Part shown: positions 41,088-52,726 of the stretch, in pieces
Numbering within the stretch: position 1 is the first letter of the stretch
How the letters are laid out: each line of letters begins with the position of its first letter
Source of the DNA: an uncultured Chloroflexia bacterium
Lineage (GTDB): Bacteria > Chloroflexota > Limnocylindria > Limnocylindrales > CSP1-4
Assembly: GCA_963734535.1 (NCBI GenBank)
Contig: CAVTHS010000014.1
Span: 128,001 to 192,000, forward strand
DNA length: 64,000 nucleotides
Direction: 5' to 3'
Translations under genes and position numbers: made by a program
The notes under the pieces: model-generated
The model's database searches: none
Told to the model about the DNA's origin: nothing
Seen by the model: the letters and a program-made list of their open reading frames with translations, nothing else

Positions 41088-42158
41088 ATGGAAGTCGCTG
41101 CATTCGCCGTGGGCGTGCTCCTCCTGGCGCTCGCCTTCTGGGACCTGTTCGAGACGGTCGTCGTGCCACGGCCGACGCCGGGCTGGTTTCGAATCAGCCG
41201 GTACCTCGTGCGCGGCTCGTGGCGCGGTCTCCGGGCCATCCTGAGCGCCCTGCCCGCCAGGTCCCACGACACGATCCTGGGGCTGTTCGCCCCTGCGGCC
41301 ACCGTCGCCCTCCTGGGAGCCTGGCTCGTCACCCTCATCGCCGGGTATGGCCTGATCCTGTTCGCCCTGCGCGATGAGCTGCGGCCGGTGTCGCCCGATC
41401 TCGGCAGCTCGCTGTACTTCGCCGCGAGCTCCGTGCTGACCCTGGGGTTCGGCGACATCGTGGCGACCGGTGCGGCGGCGCGCATCGTCATCGTGGTGGC
41501 GGCGGTGACCGGCCTCGGGACCGTCGCCCTCGTCGTGACCTTCCTCTTCTCGCTGTACGGCTCATACCAGCGCCGCGAGATCCGGGTCGTCGCCCTGCAG
41601 GCGGCGGCGGGGGCACCGCCCTCGGCCGTCGCCCTTCTCGAGAACTACGCCCTGCTTGGCCTCATGGGGCGCCTCCCCGACCTCTTCCTCGAATGGGAGG
41701 ACTGGGCCGTCGAGGTCCTCAATTCGCACATCGCCTACCCATTGCTGGGCTTCTTCCGCTCGAGCCACGACAACCTGTCCTGGATCAGCGCCCTCGGGAC
41801 CATCCTCGACGCCGCAAGCCTGGTGCTCACGACGATCAGCGGCGTGCCGCGTGGCGAGGCCAAGCTGGCCAAGCGCGTGGGCACGCACCTGGTGGAGGAC
41901 ATCTTCAACCTCGGATTCCGCTCCGGCATCCCGACGGGCCTGGATCGCGCGGCATTCGACGCGGCGTGCAGTCGTCTCGAGGAGGCGGGCTACACCCTCG
42001 AGGCACGCGATGCCGCCTGGCCCCATTTCGAGGCCGCTCGCGCCACCTATGCGCCGCGCCTGGAGGCGATGGCCCGCTACTGGGCCACGCCGGCAACGTC
42101 GTGGCTCGGCGATCCGGTCGGTTTGAGGGCGCCGCTCCACCCGGTGGATGACCCGTAG
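41088..42158 (+). CDS. Potassium channel family protein (Ion_trans_2-like)
   Basis: LYFAASSVLTLGFGD filter; SHIAYPLLGFFRS. Confidence 0.82.
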   Translation: MEVAAFAVGVLLLALAFWDLFETVVVPRPTPGWFRISRYLVRGSWRGLRAILSALPARSHDTILGLFAPAATVALLGAWLVTLIAGYGLILFALRDELRPVSPDLGSSLYFAASSVLTLGFGDIVATGAAARIVIVVAAVTGLGTVALVVTFLFSLYGSYQRREIRVVALQAAAGAPPSAVALLENYALLGLMGRLPDLFLEWEDWAVEVLNSHIAYPLLGFFRSSHDNLSWISALGTILDAASLVLTTISGVPRGEAKLAKRVGTHLVEDIFNLGFRSGIPTGLDRAAFDAACSRLEEAGYTLEARDAAWPHFEAARATYAPRLEAMARYWATPATSWLGDPVGLRAPLHPVDDP

Positions 42159-42363
42159 GGTCTTCCACGAATCCGTGCGCGGCCCGGCCGCGTGAGCAGT
42201 TGCGGTCTGCCGGCGGGCGACACCTTTTCGTCCGTCCTGTGCCTGCCTGTTCCGACGACTTCGACATCGCGCATTCGGCGTTCCGCTCGAGACGGCCGAT
42301 CGGCGGCGCTTCGAGGAACGGAGCCACGCCTGACGACGCTCGCCGCCAGCGGACCGCTCGGGG

Positions 42364-42543
42364 GCGGCCCTGTCCACGCTCGGGGTCTTGGTCCCGCCCG
42401 GCTCGTGGCAGGTGACGGTTGCCGCGTCGGCTCTCGCGTCGGCGGCTCTCCTCGTCATCTACTTCGATCCCCAGCTCGTGCTCGGCATCGGGATCGACGC
42501 CGTCCTGCCCTGGATCGTCGTGGCCAGGGCGTGGGTGCCGTGA
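42364..42543 (+). pseudogene. 5'-truncated remnant of a membrane-protein gene
   Basis: Frame reads AALSTLGVLVPPGSWQVTVAASALASAALLVIYFDPQLVLGIGIDAVLPWIVVARAWVP* after an in-frame stop at 42331, with no convincing start. Confidence 0.45.
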
Positions 42544-42650
42544 CAGGACCGACGCCACCGGGCGGGACTCTCGGCGCGCAGCGGGGAACGTCGGCCTGAT
42601 CGCGCCCAGCTCCTCCCGTCACACCGGTTGCCGGAGACGGGCATCCGTGA

Positions 42651-43919
<1,269 letters not shown>

Positions 43920-43967
43920 TCGATCGGACGATCACAACATCGATCGGAATCTAGAGAGGAGGACTCA

Positions 43968-45428
43968 ATGTCTGGTACAGACCGTGACGGGTCGCCGATC
44001 CGAGGCCGGCTCGTTCGCAGTCCACGAATCCTTGTGGCCAGCCTTGCCGTGCTGGCGATCATCGCAAGCGCGTGTGCGCCCGGCGCAACGGTTGCCCCGT
44101 CGGCATCGCCCGCGCCGTCAACTGCAGTTGCATCACCTGCCGCGTCCGCGAGTCCTGCCACGCCCGCGAGCGCCAGCCCGTCGGAGAGCGCAGCCGCAGC
44201 CGCACCGACCTGCGGGACTGACCCCGTGGTGCTGAACGCCTACTTCGAAACAGGATTCGATCTGCCCTTCAAGCTCTCCACGGAGTTCACGAAGCAGTTC
44301 CCGAACGTCACCTGGAAGATCAGCCAGGACCAGTTCAGCAACCTCATGACCTCCACGCCGCGACTTCTCGCGGGTGACAATCCACCGGACTTGATCCGGC
44401 TCCCGACCATGGTCTCCCTCGTGAAGGACAGCCTTCTCAAGAACCTCGATGGCTACGTGACGGCGTTCGGCTGGGACAAGTGGCCGGCCGCCCAGCTTTC
44501 CCAGAACCGTGTCGCCGCTGACGGGACTCGCGGCTCCGGATCCCTCTACGCGGCCGGGCTCAACTACAGCCTGACGGGCGTCTTCTACAACAAGAAGCAG
44601 GCCGCCCAGATCGGCATGACGCAGCCACCGGCGACCGTCGCCGAGTTCGAAGCACTCCTGGCCAAGGCGAAGGCCGCGAAGCTCCAGCCGATCATGGCGT
44701 GGAACGCATCGGCCAGCGGCGGCGGGCTTGCCTTCCCGCTCCAGCAGCTGATGGCCGCCTACGGGCCGACGCAACCGATCAACGACTGGATCTTCCAGAA
44801 GCCCGGCGCGACCATCGACACGCCCACCAACCTGACGGCCGCCCAGCACCTGCAGCAGTGGATCGCGGCCGGCTACTTCAACAAGGACACGAACGCGACC
44901 GAGTACACCGACGCCAACGCCCGCTTCGGCAAGGGCGAGGGCGTGTTCATGTTCAACGGTGACTGGCAAGATGCGGCGTATGACACGGCCGCACCGGGCA
45001 ACATCGGGTTCTTCGTCTTCCCGTCGGCGACCGCGGATGGTCCGGTTGCGGCGATGTCCGCGCCGCTCACCTACGGCATCGCAGCCAAGGCCAAGAACGC
45101 GGACTGCGCGGCCTTCTTCCTCAACTGGGTGGCGACCAACCCGACCGCGCGCCAGGTTGACGTGACCGTGGGTGGCTCCAACCCCGGCGGGCCGACGGAT
45201 CTTGCCATCCCGCCGGCGGCAACCGGCTCGATCATCAACGACACGCTGGCCGCGGGCGGCGCTGTCGCCAAGGCCAATGGCGCGATGGACTTCATCGCGA
45301 ACGCGACCGGCACGATCTTCGCGAAGGGCTGGACGCCCGAGCTTCAGAAGATGGTCGGTGGCAAGGAGACTCCGGAAGGCATGCTGAAGGCCGTTCAGGC
45401 CGAGTACCTGACCGAGCTCGCGCAGTGA
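43968..45428 (+). CDS. Carbohydrate ABC transporter substrate-binding lipoprotein
   Basis: IASAC lipobox, Ser/Pro/Ala linker, GVFYNKK and FMFNGDW. Confidence 0.88.
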   Translation: MSGTDRDGSPIRGRLVRSPRILVASLAVLAIIASACAPGATVAPSASPAPSTAVASPAASASPATPASASPSESAAAAAPTCGTDPVVLNAYFETGFDLPFKLSTEFTKQFPNVTWKISQDQFSNLMTSTPRLLAGDNPPDLIRLPTMVSLVKDSLLKNLDGYVTAFGWDKWPAAQLSQNRVAADGTRGSGSLYAAGLNYSLTGVFYNKKQAAQIGMTQPPATVAEFEALLAKAKAAKLQPIMAWNASASGGGLAFPLQQLMAAYGPTQPINDWIFQKPGATIDTPTNLTAAQHLQQWIAAGYFNKDTNATEYTDANARFGKGEGVFMFNGDWQDAAYDTAAPGNIGFFVFPSATADGPVAAMSAPLTYGIAAKAKNADCAAFFLNWVATNPTARQVDVTVGGSNPGGPTDLAIPPAATGSIINDTLAAGGAVAKANGAMDFIANATGTIFAKGWTPELQKMVGGKETPEGMLKAVQAEYLTELAQ

Positions 45429-45449
45429 CCAACGCCGCGGATCGATGCG

Positions 45450-46398
45450 ATGGGCGATAGCGTTTTCCTCCGGGTCGGCCATCACGTCCCCGCGGCATCA
45501 CGACTACGGACCTCGCGCTGGCGCGGGGTCCGTAGTCCCCACCTTGTCGGCTGGCTATTCGTCCTGCCGGCCCTCGCGATGTACGCGGCCTTCGTGCTGC
45601 TGCCGCTGGTCCTCACCGTCCAGTACTCGTTCTACCGGTGGGACGGGATCGGGCCGTCGCAATGGGTCGGTCTCAAGAACTACGTGACCGTCCTGACGGA
45701 CCCCGATCTCGTCGGCGTGATCCTCAACGCTTTCAGATTGATCTTCTTCTTCTCGCTGATCCCGGTTGGTCTCGGGCTCGTCGTCGCATCCGTCATGCGG
45801 CGGGTTGCCACGGGACGTTTCGGAACCGTCACGCAGACGGTGCTGTTTCTCCCCCAGGTCATCCCGCTCGTCGCAGCCGGAATCGCCTGGAAATGGGTCC
45901 TCTCCACGTCGGGCGTCGTCAACCAGGTTCTATCCGCAGTCGGGCTCGACGGGGTCACGCGAGCGTGGCTCGGGGACTTCGACTTTGCCCTGCCCGCCGT
46001 CGGCATCATCGGCGCCTGGGTGCTGATCGGACTGTGCACGATCCTGCTTCTCACCGGCATGAGCAAGATCGACCCCGCCCTGTACGAGTCGGCCCGGCTC
46101 GATGGCGCGGGAGCCGTGCAGGAGTTCAGGTCGATCACGCTCCCGAGCCTGCGCCAGGAGATCGGCGTCTGCATCACCGTCACCGTCATCGCCGCCCTGG
46201 CGAGCTTCGACATCGTCTACATCGCGACGGGCGGCGGTCCTGGCCTGGCAACGACGGTCCCGGGGCTGGACATCTACCAGCTTGCGTTCGCCGGCCGGGC
46301 GGTCGGGATTGGCCTCCGCGCTGGCGGTGGTCCTGTTCATCCTCGTCCTCGCCTGTGTGCTCCCGATCCAGCGCCTCGCCCGTGGGGACGAGGCATGA
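45450..46398 (+). CDS. Carbohydrate ABC permease 1; apparent +1 frameshift near 46307
   Basis: GLKNY and LYESARLDGA; C-terminus GLASALAVVLFILV is in the +1 frame. Confidence 0.85.
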
Positions 46399-47219
46399 TC
46401 GTCGCGCGGCGCGAGGTCTTCACTGGCAGGCTGCTGCTCGTGGCCCTGGTCGCATTCACGGTGCTGCCGTTCCTCAGCCTGTTGTCGGCCGCGCTGGCGC
46501 CCTCTGATTCGACGCCGCTTGGGATCCAGTGGCCGTCGGACCCCCAGTGGGGCAACTTCGTCGACGCGTTCAACGTCGCCCAGATGCCCGCGCTCCTGTG
46601 GTCGAGCACCGTCATCGTCCTCGGCGTGGTACCCGCGGCGGTCGTCATCTCCACGATGGCGGGGTTCGCGATCGGCCACCTGCGAATCCCCGGGGGGCGG
46701 CTGCTCTTCCTGCTCTTCCTGCTGGGCCTCACGCTGCCGTTCGAAGGGATCATCACGCCGCTCTACTACCTGGTCCGCGGCTACGGGATCCTGAACACGA
46801 AATGGGCCATCATCCTGCCGCTCATCGGTCTCTACATGCCGTTCGCCGTGTTCTGGATGCGAGCGCACTTCATCAACATGCCGAGAGAGCTCTCCGAGGC
46901 TGCGCGCGTCGACGGGGCGGGCACCTGGGACCTGTTCCGGCACATCCATCTCCCGATGGCGCGGCCGGCGATCTCCGCCCTGACCATCCTGCTGTCGGTG
47001 TGGACCTGGAACCAGTTCCTGCTGTGCCTGGTCCTCGTCGAGGACCCCCTGCAGCGGACCATGGCGGGCGCGCTCGGTGCCTACCAGGGCCACTACGCGA
47101 CGAACATCCCGCTGCTGTGCGCGGGGTCGCTCCTGATCCTGACCCCGACCCTCGTGGTCTTCCTGCTCTTCCAACGACAGTTCATCTCGGCGCTCCTGCA
47201 AGGCTCGCTGAAGGGCTGA
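46395..47219 (+). CDS. Carbohydrate ABC permease 2
   Basis: ELSEAARVDGA, WNQFL and LFQRQFI. Confidence 0.9.
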   Translation: MIVARREVFTGRLLLVALVAFTVLPFLSLLSAALAPSDSTPLGIQWPSDPQWGNFVDAFNVAQMPALLWSSTVIVLGVVPAAVVISTMAGFAIGHLRIPGGRLLFLLFLLGLTLPFEGIITPLYYLVRGYGILNTKWAIILPLIGLYMPFAVFWMRAHFINMPRELSEAARVDGAGTWDLFRHIHLPMARPAISALTILLSVWTWNQFLLCLVLVEDPLQRTMAGALGAYQGHYATNIPLLCAGSLLILTPTLVVFLLFQRQFISALLQGSLKG

Positions 47220-47292
47220 CGTCGGCACGCCCCCGGATCGATTCGCCCGGTCGAGGCGGCGGGCGATCAACTGGACATGATCGGAGTTGCGT

Positions 47293-48462
47293 ATGTCGGC
47301 AGAGATCCATGGAGGGGCGGAGGACGGATTCGGACCGGTCGCCGACGCATTTGCGGCGAACTTCAGGGACGCGGGCGAACGGGGCGCCGCCGTGTGCCTC
47401 TACGCGCACGGCAACAAGGTCGTCGATCTCTGGGGCGGCGTCGCGGATCGACGGGACCGACCGTGGGCGCGGGACACGCCAGCCATCGTCTTCTCGGTGA
47501 CCAAGGGCGTGCTCGCGATCTGTGCCTACCACCTCGTCGGGCAGGGACGGCTCGATCTGGACGCTCCGGTCGCCAGGTACTGGCCCGAGTTCGGGGCGCA
47601 CGGCAAGGCGGCCATCTCGGTGCGGATGCTGCTCAGCCATCGCGCCGGACTGGTCGCCCTCGATCGGGACCTGACCTTCGACGACGTGCTCGCGTGGGAT
47701 CCGGTCATCCGGGCCATCGAAATGCAGGCGCCGCTGTGGAGGCCTGGTACGGCGTACTCGTACCACACGATCACCTATGGCTGGCTCGTCGGGGAGGTGA
47801 TCCGGCGTATCAGCGGGAAGAGTCCCGGCGAGTTCCTCCGCACGGAGCTCGCACGCCCTCTTGGGCTCGATTTCTGGATCGGGGCGCCTGCGTCGGTGAT
47901 CGAGCGAGCGGCATGGCTCGAGCCACCCATGCCCGATCCGGATCCAGCCCTGGGCGCCGTCATCGCCACCTGGTTCGCAGATGAACCGGTGGCCGATCGG
48001 GCTGGATCGATGGGGGGAGCATTCGGGTTTCCGCTCACCAACGGGCAGGTCACCTTCAACGATCCCGCGATCCAGAGAGCGGAGATCCCGGGCGCGAACG
48101 GGATGGGCACGGCGGACGGCCTCGCTCGGTTGTACGCTGCCTGCGTTTCCGAGGTTGATGGGCAACGGATCATGACGCCCGCGCAGATTGAGGACGCCCT
48201 GGTCGCCCGATCATTCGGACAGCAGGTCTTCGGCCCGCCCGATCGAGGGGAGAGATGGGGCACGGGCTTCGCCCTCGACTCGCCGGCTCAGCCGCTTCTC
48301 GGGCCGCGCAGCTTCGGACACGGTGGAGCCGGGGGAGAGCTGGCATTCGGCGACGACACGCACCAGGTCGGTTTCGGTTACGTCAACAACCAGATGGGCG
48401 GCATCGGCGATGCTCGCGCCACCCGGTTGACCGCCGCCGTCCGAGCGTGCCTTCGTGGTTGA
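47293..48462 (+). CDS. Serine hydrolase, beta-lactamase/family VIII esterase type
   Basis: FSVTK (SxxK), LLSHRAGL, YH..TYG and FGHGGAGG. Confidence 0.88.
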   Translation: MSAEIHGGAEDGFGPVADAFAANFRDAGERGAAVCLYAHGNKVVDLWGGVADRRDRPWARDTPAIVFSVTKGVLAICAYHLVGQGRLDLDAPVARYWPEFGAHGKAAISVRMLLSHRAGLVALDRDLTFDDVLAWDPVIRAIEMQAPLWRPGTAYSYHTITYGWLVGEVIRRISGKSPGEFLRTELARPLGLDFWIGAPASVIERAAWLEPPMPDPDPALGAVIATWFADEPVADRAGSMGGAFGFPLTNGQVTFNDPAIQRAEIPGANGMGTADGLARLYAACVSEVDGQRIMTPAQIEDALVARSFGQQVFGPPDRGERWGTGFALDSPAQPLLGPRSFGHGGAGGELAFGDDTHQVGFGYVNNQMGGIGDARATRLTAAVRACLRG

Positions 48463-48495
48463 TTCGACGTTCATCGAGCCGCAGAAAGGGACCAG

Positions 48496-49954
48496 GTGCG
48501 AAGCGCGCCCCAGCTGATGACGTACCCGGATTCGCTGGGAGGCGACCTCGCGGCCCTTGACGGGCTGCTCCGTGGTCCGCTCGAGGGACTCTTCGGCGGG
48601 ATCCACGTCCTGCCGCCGTTCCCGTCGTCCGGCGATCGCGGGTTCGCGCCGCTGACGTACGGGGAGATCGATCCGCGGTTCGGCAGCTGGGCTGACGTGG
48701 AGCGCATCGCGCAGCGCCACGACGTCGTGCTCGACCTGATGGTCAATCACATCTCGCGACGGTCGATCGAGTTCGAGGACTTTCTCCGCCTGGGTCGCAG
48801 GTCGCGATACAGCGACCTGTTCATCACGGTTGACAAAGTGTGGCCGAACGGAGATCCCCCCGGCGACGAAGTCGCGCGGATCTTCCTGCGCAAGCCAAAT
48901 TCGCCATTCTCGACCGTGACGATCGAAGGTTCGGCGGAGACCGAACGCGTCTGGACCTCCTTCGGCACCCGGGAGTGGTCCGAACAGATCGACCTCGACG
49001 TGACATCGCAGGCGACGCGATCGCTTCTGACCGATTGGCTGCGGTCATTCGCCGCTCACGGAGTCCGGATCGTCCGCCTGGACGCCGTGGGCTACGTCAT
49101 CAAGAAGGCAGGCACCAGCTGCTTCATGGTCGAGCCCGAGATCTACAGCTTCCTCGACTGGATCGTCGGGGTCGCCGACTGCATTGGGCCTGGTCGTCCT
49201 TCCCGAGGTGCACGATCGGTACTCGACGCACCTGACCCTCGCGGCGCACGGCTACTGGACCTACGACTTCGTCCTTCCGGGTCTCCTTCTCGACGCACTC
49301 GAGGCAGGCTCGGCCAGGCACCTGGCCGACCACCTCGCCCGATCGCCTGAACGCCAGTTCACCATGCTCGATTGTCACGACGGCATCCCTGTTCGCCCGG
49401 ACCTTGATGAGATCCTTCGGCCGCGCGAGATGCTCCGCCTGGCCGACCTGGTCGAGCGTCAGGGCGGGAACGTCAATCGCATCCTGTCCGACGCCCACGC
49501 GGACGGTGGCGTCGATGTCCATCAGCTCAACTGCACCTATTACTCGGCCCTCGATCGCGACGACGACCGATACGTCGCCGCTCGAGCCATCCAGCTGTTC
49601 GCGCGCGGGGTCCCGCAGGTCTACTACGTCGGCCTGCTTGCTGGCGAGAACGACCATCAGGCAGTGACCGAAACCGGCGACGGGCGCTCGATCAACCGGC
49701 ATGACTACACCGTCTCGGAGGTCGAGGCGGCGCTTCGGCGGCCGGTCGTCCAGCGCATCTTCGATCTGGTCAGGCTCCGCAACGTCGAGCCTGCCTTCTC
49801 AGGACGTCTCGACGTCACCACCGTGGATTCGGCGACGCTCCGACTGACATGGAGCCTGGGCGCTGATGCGTGTGAGCTCGAGGTCGACCTGCGGTCAGGC
49901 CGAACGGCGATCGCGAGACGCCACGATGGCATCGAACAGCGGATCCTGGCCTGA
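48496..49954 (+). CDS. GH13_18 sucrose (6F-phosphate) phosphorylase; apparent +1 frameshift near 49180
   Basis: VHVLPPFPSSGDRGF, RLDAVGY, PEVH, CHDGIP and DVHQLNCTYYSAL. Confidence 0.87.
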
Positions 49955-49980
49955 AGGGCGCACGAGGTAGGGACGGCACC

Positions 49981-50907
49981 GTGCTCCGCCTCGACGACCG
50001 GTGGGCCTGGGACTCCTGGATCGCGGATACCGGGTCCGACTACCACCTGTTCTTCCTCAATGCGCCCCGATCGCTGGGCGATCCGAACCTGCGTCACCGC
50101 AGGTCCGTCGTTGGGCACGCCGTGTCGTCGGACCTCGTCCACTGGGAGGAGCTCGGCCAGGCCCTGGGCCCGGGGCCGAAGGGGGCGTGGGACGACGTGG
50201 CGATCTGGACGGGCTCGGTCATCCGGGACGACGACGCCTGGTACATGTTCTATACGGGCTCGTCGACGCGTGACCGGGCTCTGATCCAGCGAATCGGCCT
50301 CGCGACCTCGCCGGACCTCCTGACGTGGACGAAGCACCCGGCCAACCCGATCATCGAAGCGGATCCGGCGTGGTACGAGCAGCTCGACACCACGGCCTGG
50401 CATGATCAGGCCTGGCGTGATCCGTGGGTGTTCGCCGATCCCGAGGGCGACGGGTACCACGCGCTCATCACCGCCCGGGCATCGACCGGTCCGGTCGATG
50501 CCCGCGGAGTCGTCGCCCACGCCCGGTCCAGGGACCTCGTCCACTGGGTCGTGCGCCCGCCGGTCTCGGCGCCGGGCGAGTTCGGCCAGCTCGAGGTGCC
50601 GCAGGTCGAGGTCGTCGATGGCAGGCCGATCCTGGTGTTCTCGGTGGGAGCGACCGAGGTCGGGCTGAAGCGAATGGCGCTCCATCCCGACGTGCCGAGC
50701 GGGACCTACGTCTGCCCGGGCGTTTCCCTCCTCGGCCCCTTCGACCTCGAACACGACGCGCGGCTCGTCTCGGACCTGTACAGCGGCCGGCTGGTGCGCC
50801 GGCGAGATGGCGGTTGGGCGCTGCTCGGATTCGTCAACCTCGCAGCTGACGGGGGCTTCGTCGGTGCGATCTCGGACCCGCTGCCCTTCGAGCTCCCCCG
50901 CTCGTGA
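49981..50907 (+). CDS. GH-J clan (GH32/GH68-like) beta-fructosidase
   Basis: WAWDSW, WTGSV, WRDP and QLEVPQ motifs. Confidence 0.82.
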   Translation: MLRLDDRWAWDSWIADTGSDYHLFFLNAPRSLGDPNLRHRRSVVGHAVSSDLVHWEELGQALGPGPKGAWDDVAIWTGSVIRDDDAWYMFYTGSSTRDRALIQRIGLATSPDLLTWTKHPANPIIEADPAWYEQLDTTAWHDQAWRDPWVFADPEGDGYHALITARASTGPVDARGVVAHARSRDLVHWVVRPPVSAPGEFGQLEVPQVEVVDGRPILVFSVGATEVGLKRMALHPDVPSGTYVCPGVSLLGPFDLEHDARLVSDLYSGRLVRRRDGGWALLGFVNLAADGGFVGAISDPLPFELPRS

Positions 50908-50965
50908 TACCGGCCCAGCGTCATCCGCCCGTTCAACACGCGCCGGTCGCAGCAGAGGAAGGAGG

Positions 50966-51339
50966 TGGTGGAGATGGGGGAGAGTCGAACTCCCCGTCCG
51001 AAACCCGTGACCCGGACCCACTACGAGCGTGTCCGATGCTTGATCTCGACCGACCCACCCCCATCGGCAGGGGCGATGATCGGTCCAGCTGCGTGTCCCT
51101 AGATCGGGCTTCGCTCCCGGCTACGCGGCGCTTGCCGGGGCTGCATCCCCGCTGAGTGACGCTTCCACGGCCCACGGGGAGGAGGCCGCTTCCACGCTCA
51201 CCTTACCGCCTAAGCGGCGAGGGCGAGAGCAGGCTGCTTGTTGGCAGTTACTTCGTTTTGCCGCCTTTTAACGAGGCCAGAGCGGCATCCTCGGCTCGCG
51301 TTTCCGGGCTGCAGGGCCCCGTCGAGACCACGCATCCCC
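50966..51339 (-). ncRNA. ssrA: tmRNA; tag reading frame ANKQPALALAA* at 51210-51245
   Basis: 5' GGGGATG pairs with 3' CATCTCC-ACCA (G3-U); T-arm GGAGTTCGACTCT; TAACT precedes resume codon GCC. Confidence 0.95.
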
Positions 51340-51529
51340 ACCGATCGGAGCGGCGCACCGGCCGTTCCGCGCCGACCCGAAGGCCGGCCACGGACATTCT
51401 ACTCCGAGGCCCGATGCGACCCGTGGAGCCCGGCGATCGTCCGGCGGCGATCCCGCCCGTCTGCCCGGTCCACGGCCGCCGCCTCGATCAACCGGTACCA
51501 TCCCGTGACGGGAGCAGGGGAGCCAATCG

Positions 51530-52090
51530 ATGCACGACACCGCGCGCGAGCGCACCGACGCCCGAGCCGCGGGTCCCTCCGCCCGAGCCGCGACCCCGGG
51601 TGACGGCGCCGCGATCGCCCGCATCTACAGCGACGGGATCGAGGACCGGATCGCCACCTTCGAGACCCGCCCGCGAATGGCGTCGGACGTCGCCGCCTGG
51701 TTCGACGGCCGCCACCCGATCGTCGTCGTGGGTGACCCCGATGGGAACGTCGTCGGGTTCGCCGCCACGTTCGAGTACCGGCCGCGCGCCTGCTACGCGG
51801 GTGTCGCGGAGTTCTCCGTCTACGTCGCGCGAACCTTCCGGCGACAGGGGATCGGCCGGCTCGCGATGGAGGCGCTCATCGAGACGGCCGCGTCGGCCGG
51901 CCTGTGGAAGCTCGTGTCGCGTGTCTTCGTGGAGAACGAGGCGAGCCGACGGCTGCTCGTCGACCTCGGGTTCCGCGAGGTCGGCGTCTACCGCCGGCAC
52001 GGCCTGCTCGACGGACGATGGCGGGACGTGGTGATCGTGGAGCTGCTCCTGCCGTCGGCTCTCGAGGAGGCGCCGTCGCCGGGCGCGTGA
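51530..52090 (+). CDS. GNAT N-acetyltransferase (ArsN1/phosphinothricin acetyltransferase-like)
   Basis: GIEDRIATFET, EFSVYV, RRQGIG and GRWRDV. Confidence 0.85.
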   Translation: MHDTARERTDARAAGPSARAATPGDGAAIARIYSDGIEDRIATFETRPRMASDVAAWFDGRHPIVVVGDPDGNVVGFAATFEYRPRACYAGVAEFSVYVARTFRRQGIGRLAMEALIETAASAGLWKLVSRVFVENEASRRLLVDLGFREVGVYRRHGLLDGRWRDVVIVELLLPSALEEAPSPGA

Positions 52091-52168
52091 CGCACCGACG
52101 ATGTCTGCGCCCGGGGCGCCGTGCCGGGACCCGGCCTTGGCTTCCTTCCGACAGTCGAGCTGTTGGAG

Positions 52169-52633
52169 TTATCGCCCCCGGGCAGAGTCGGCCATGGTCC
52201 TGTCCAGGTCGCGACGCGCGTCTCGCTCGGCGATCTCGCGGCGACGGTCGTAGAGCTGCTTCCCGCGCCCCAGCCCGATCTCCAGCTTGGCATGCCCGCG
52301 GCCGTCGATGAAGAGGCGGAGCGGGACGATCGTCAGGCCCTTCGACTTGGTCTTGCCGAGGAGCTCGTCGATCTCGTCGCGATGGAGAAGCAGCTTGCGG
52401 GACCGCTTCGTCTCGTGGTTGAGGCGATTGCCCCCGGCGAATGGGGCGATGTGGGCGCCGACCAGCCAGGCTTCACCGCGCTCGATCCGCGCGTAGGCCT
52501 CCTGCAGGCTGACGTGGCCCGCCCGGATCGACTTGATCTCCGTCCCGGTCAGGACGAGGCCGGCCTCGAACGTGTCCTCGATGGAGTAGTCGTGGCGGGC
52601 CTTGCGGTTGAGGGCGATGGTCGCTTCGCCCAT
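52169..52633 (-). CDS. smpB: SsrA-binding protein SmpB
   Basis: NRKARHDY, EAGLVLTGTEIKSIR and RKLLLH. Confidence 0.97.
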   Translation of the reverse strand: MGEATIALNRKARHDYSIEDTFEAGLVLTGTEIKSIRAGHVSLQEAYARIERGEAWLVGAHIAPFAGGNRLNHETKRSRKLLLHRDEIDELLGKTKSKGLTIVPLRLFIDGRGHAKLEIGLGRGKQLYDRRREIAERDARRDLDRTMADSARGR

Positions 52634-52694
52634 CGGTGGCGGCTCCTCGTGGTGGATGGTGGCGCTGGCATGCGGGTGCGCCTCGCGGACGCAC

Positions 52695-52726
52695 GAAGGC
52701 CGGCTCCGCTGCCGGAACCGGCCCTC
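52695..52726 (-). terminator. Strong hairpin closing the small transcript upstream of smpB
   Basis: GAGGGCCGGTTCCG-GCAG-CGGAGCCGGCCTTC followed by GTGCGT (weak U tract). Confidence 0.55.

Noticed and set aside
45450-47219. Fused double sugar permease
   Set aside because: Indel near 46307; the corrected first permease ends in an ATGA overlap.
50907-51000. Active integrative element or prophage at ssrA
   Set aside because: No integrase, transposase, phage gene or att duplicate seen in the window.
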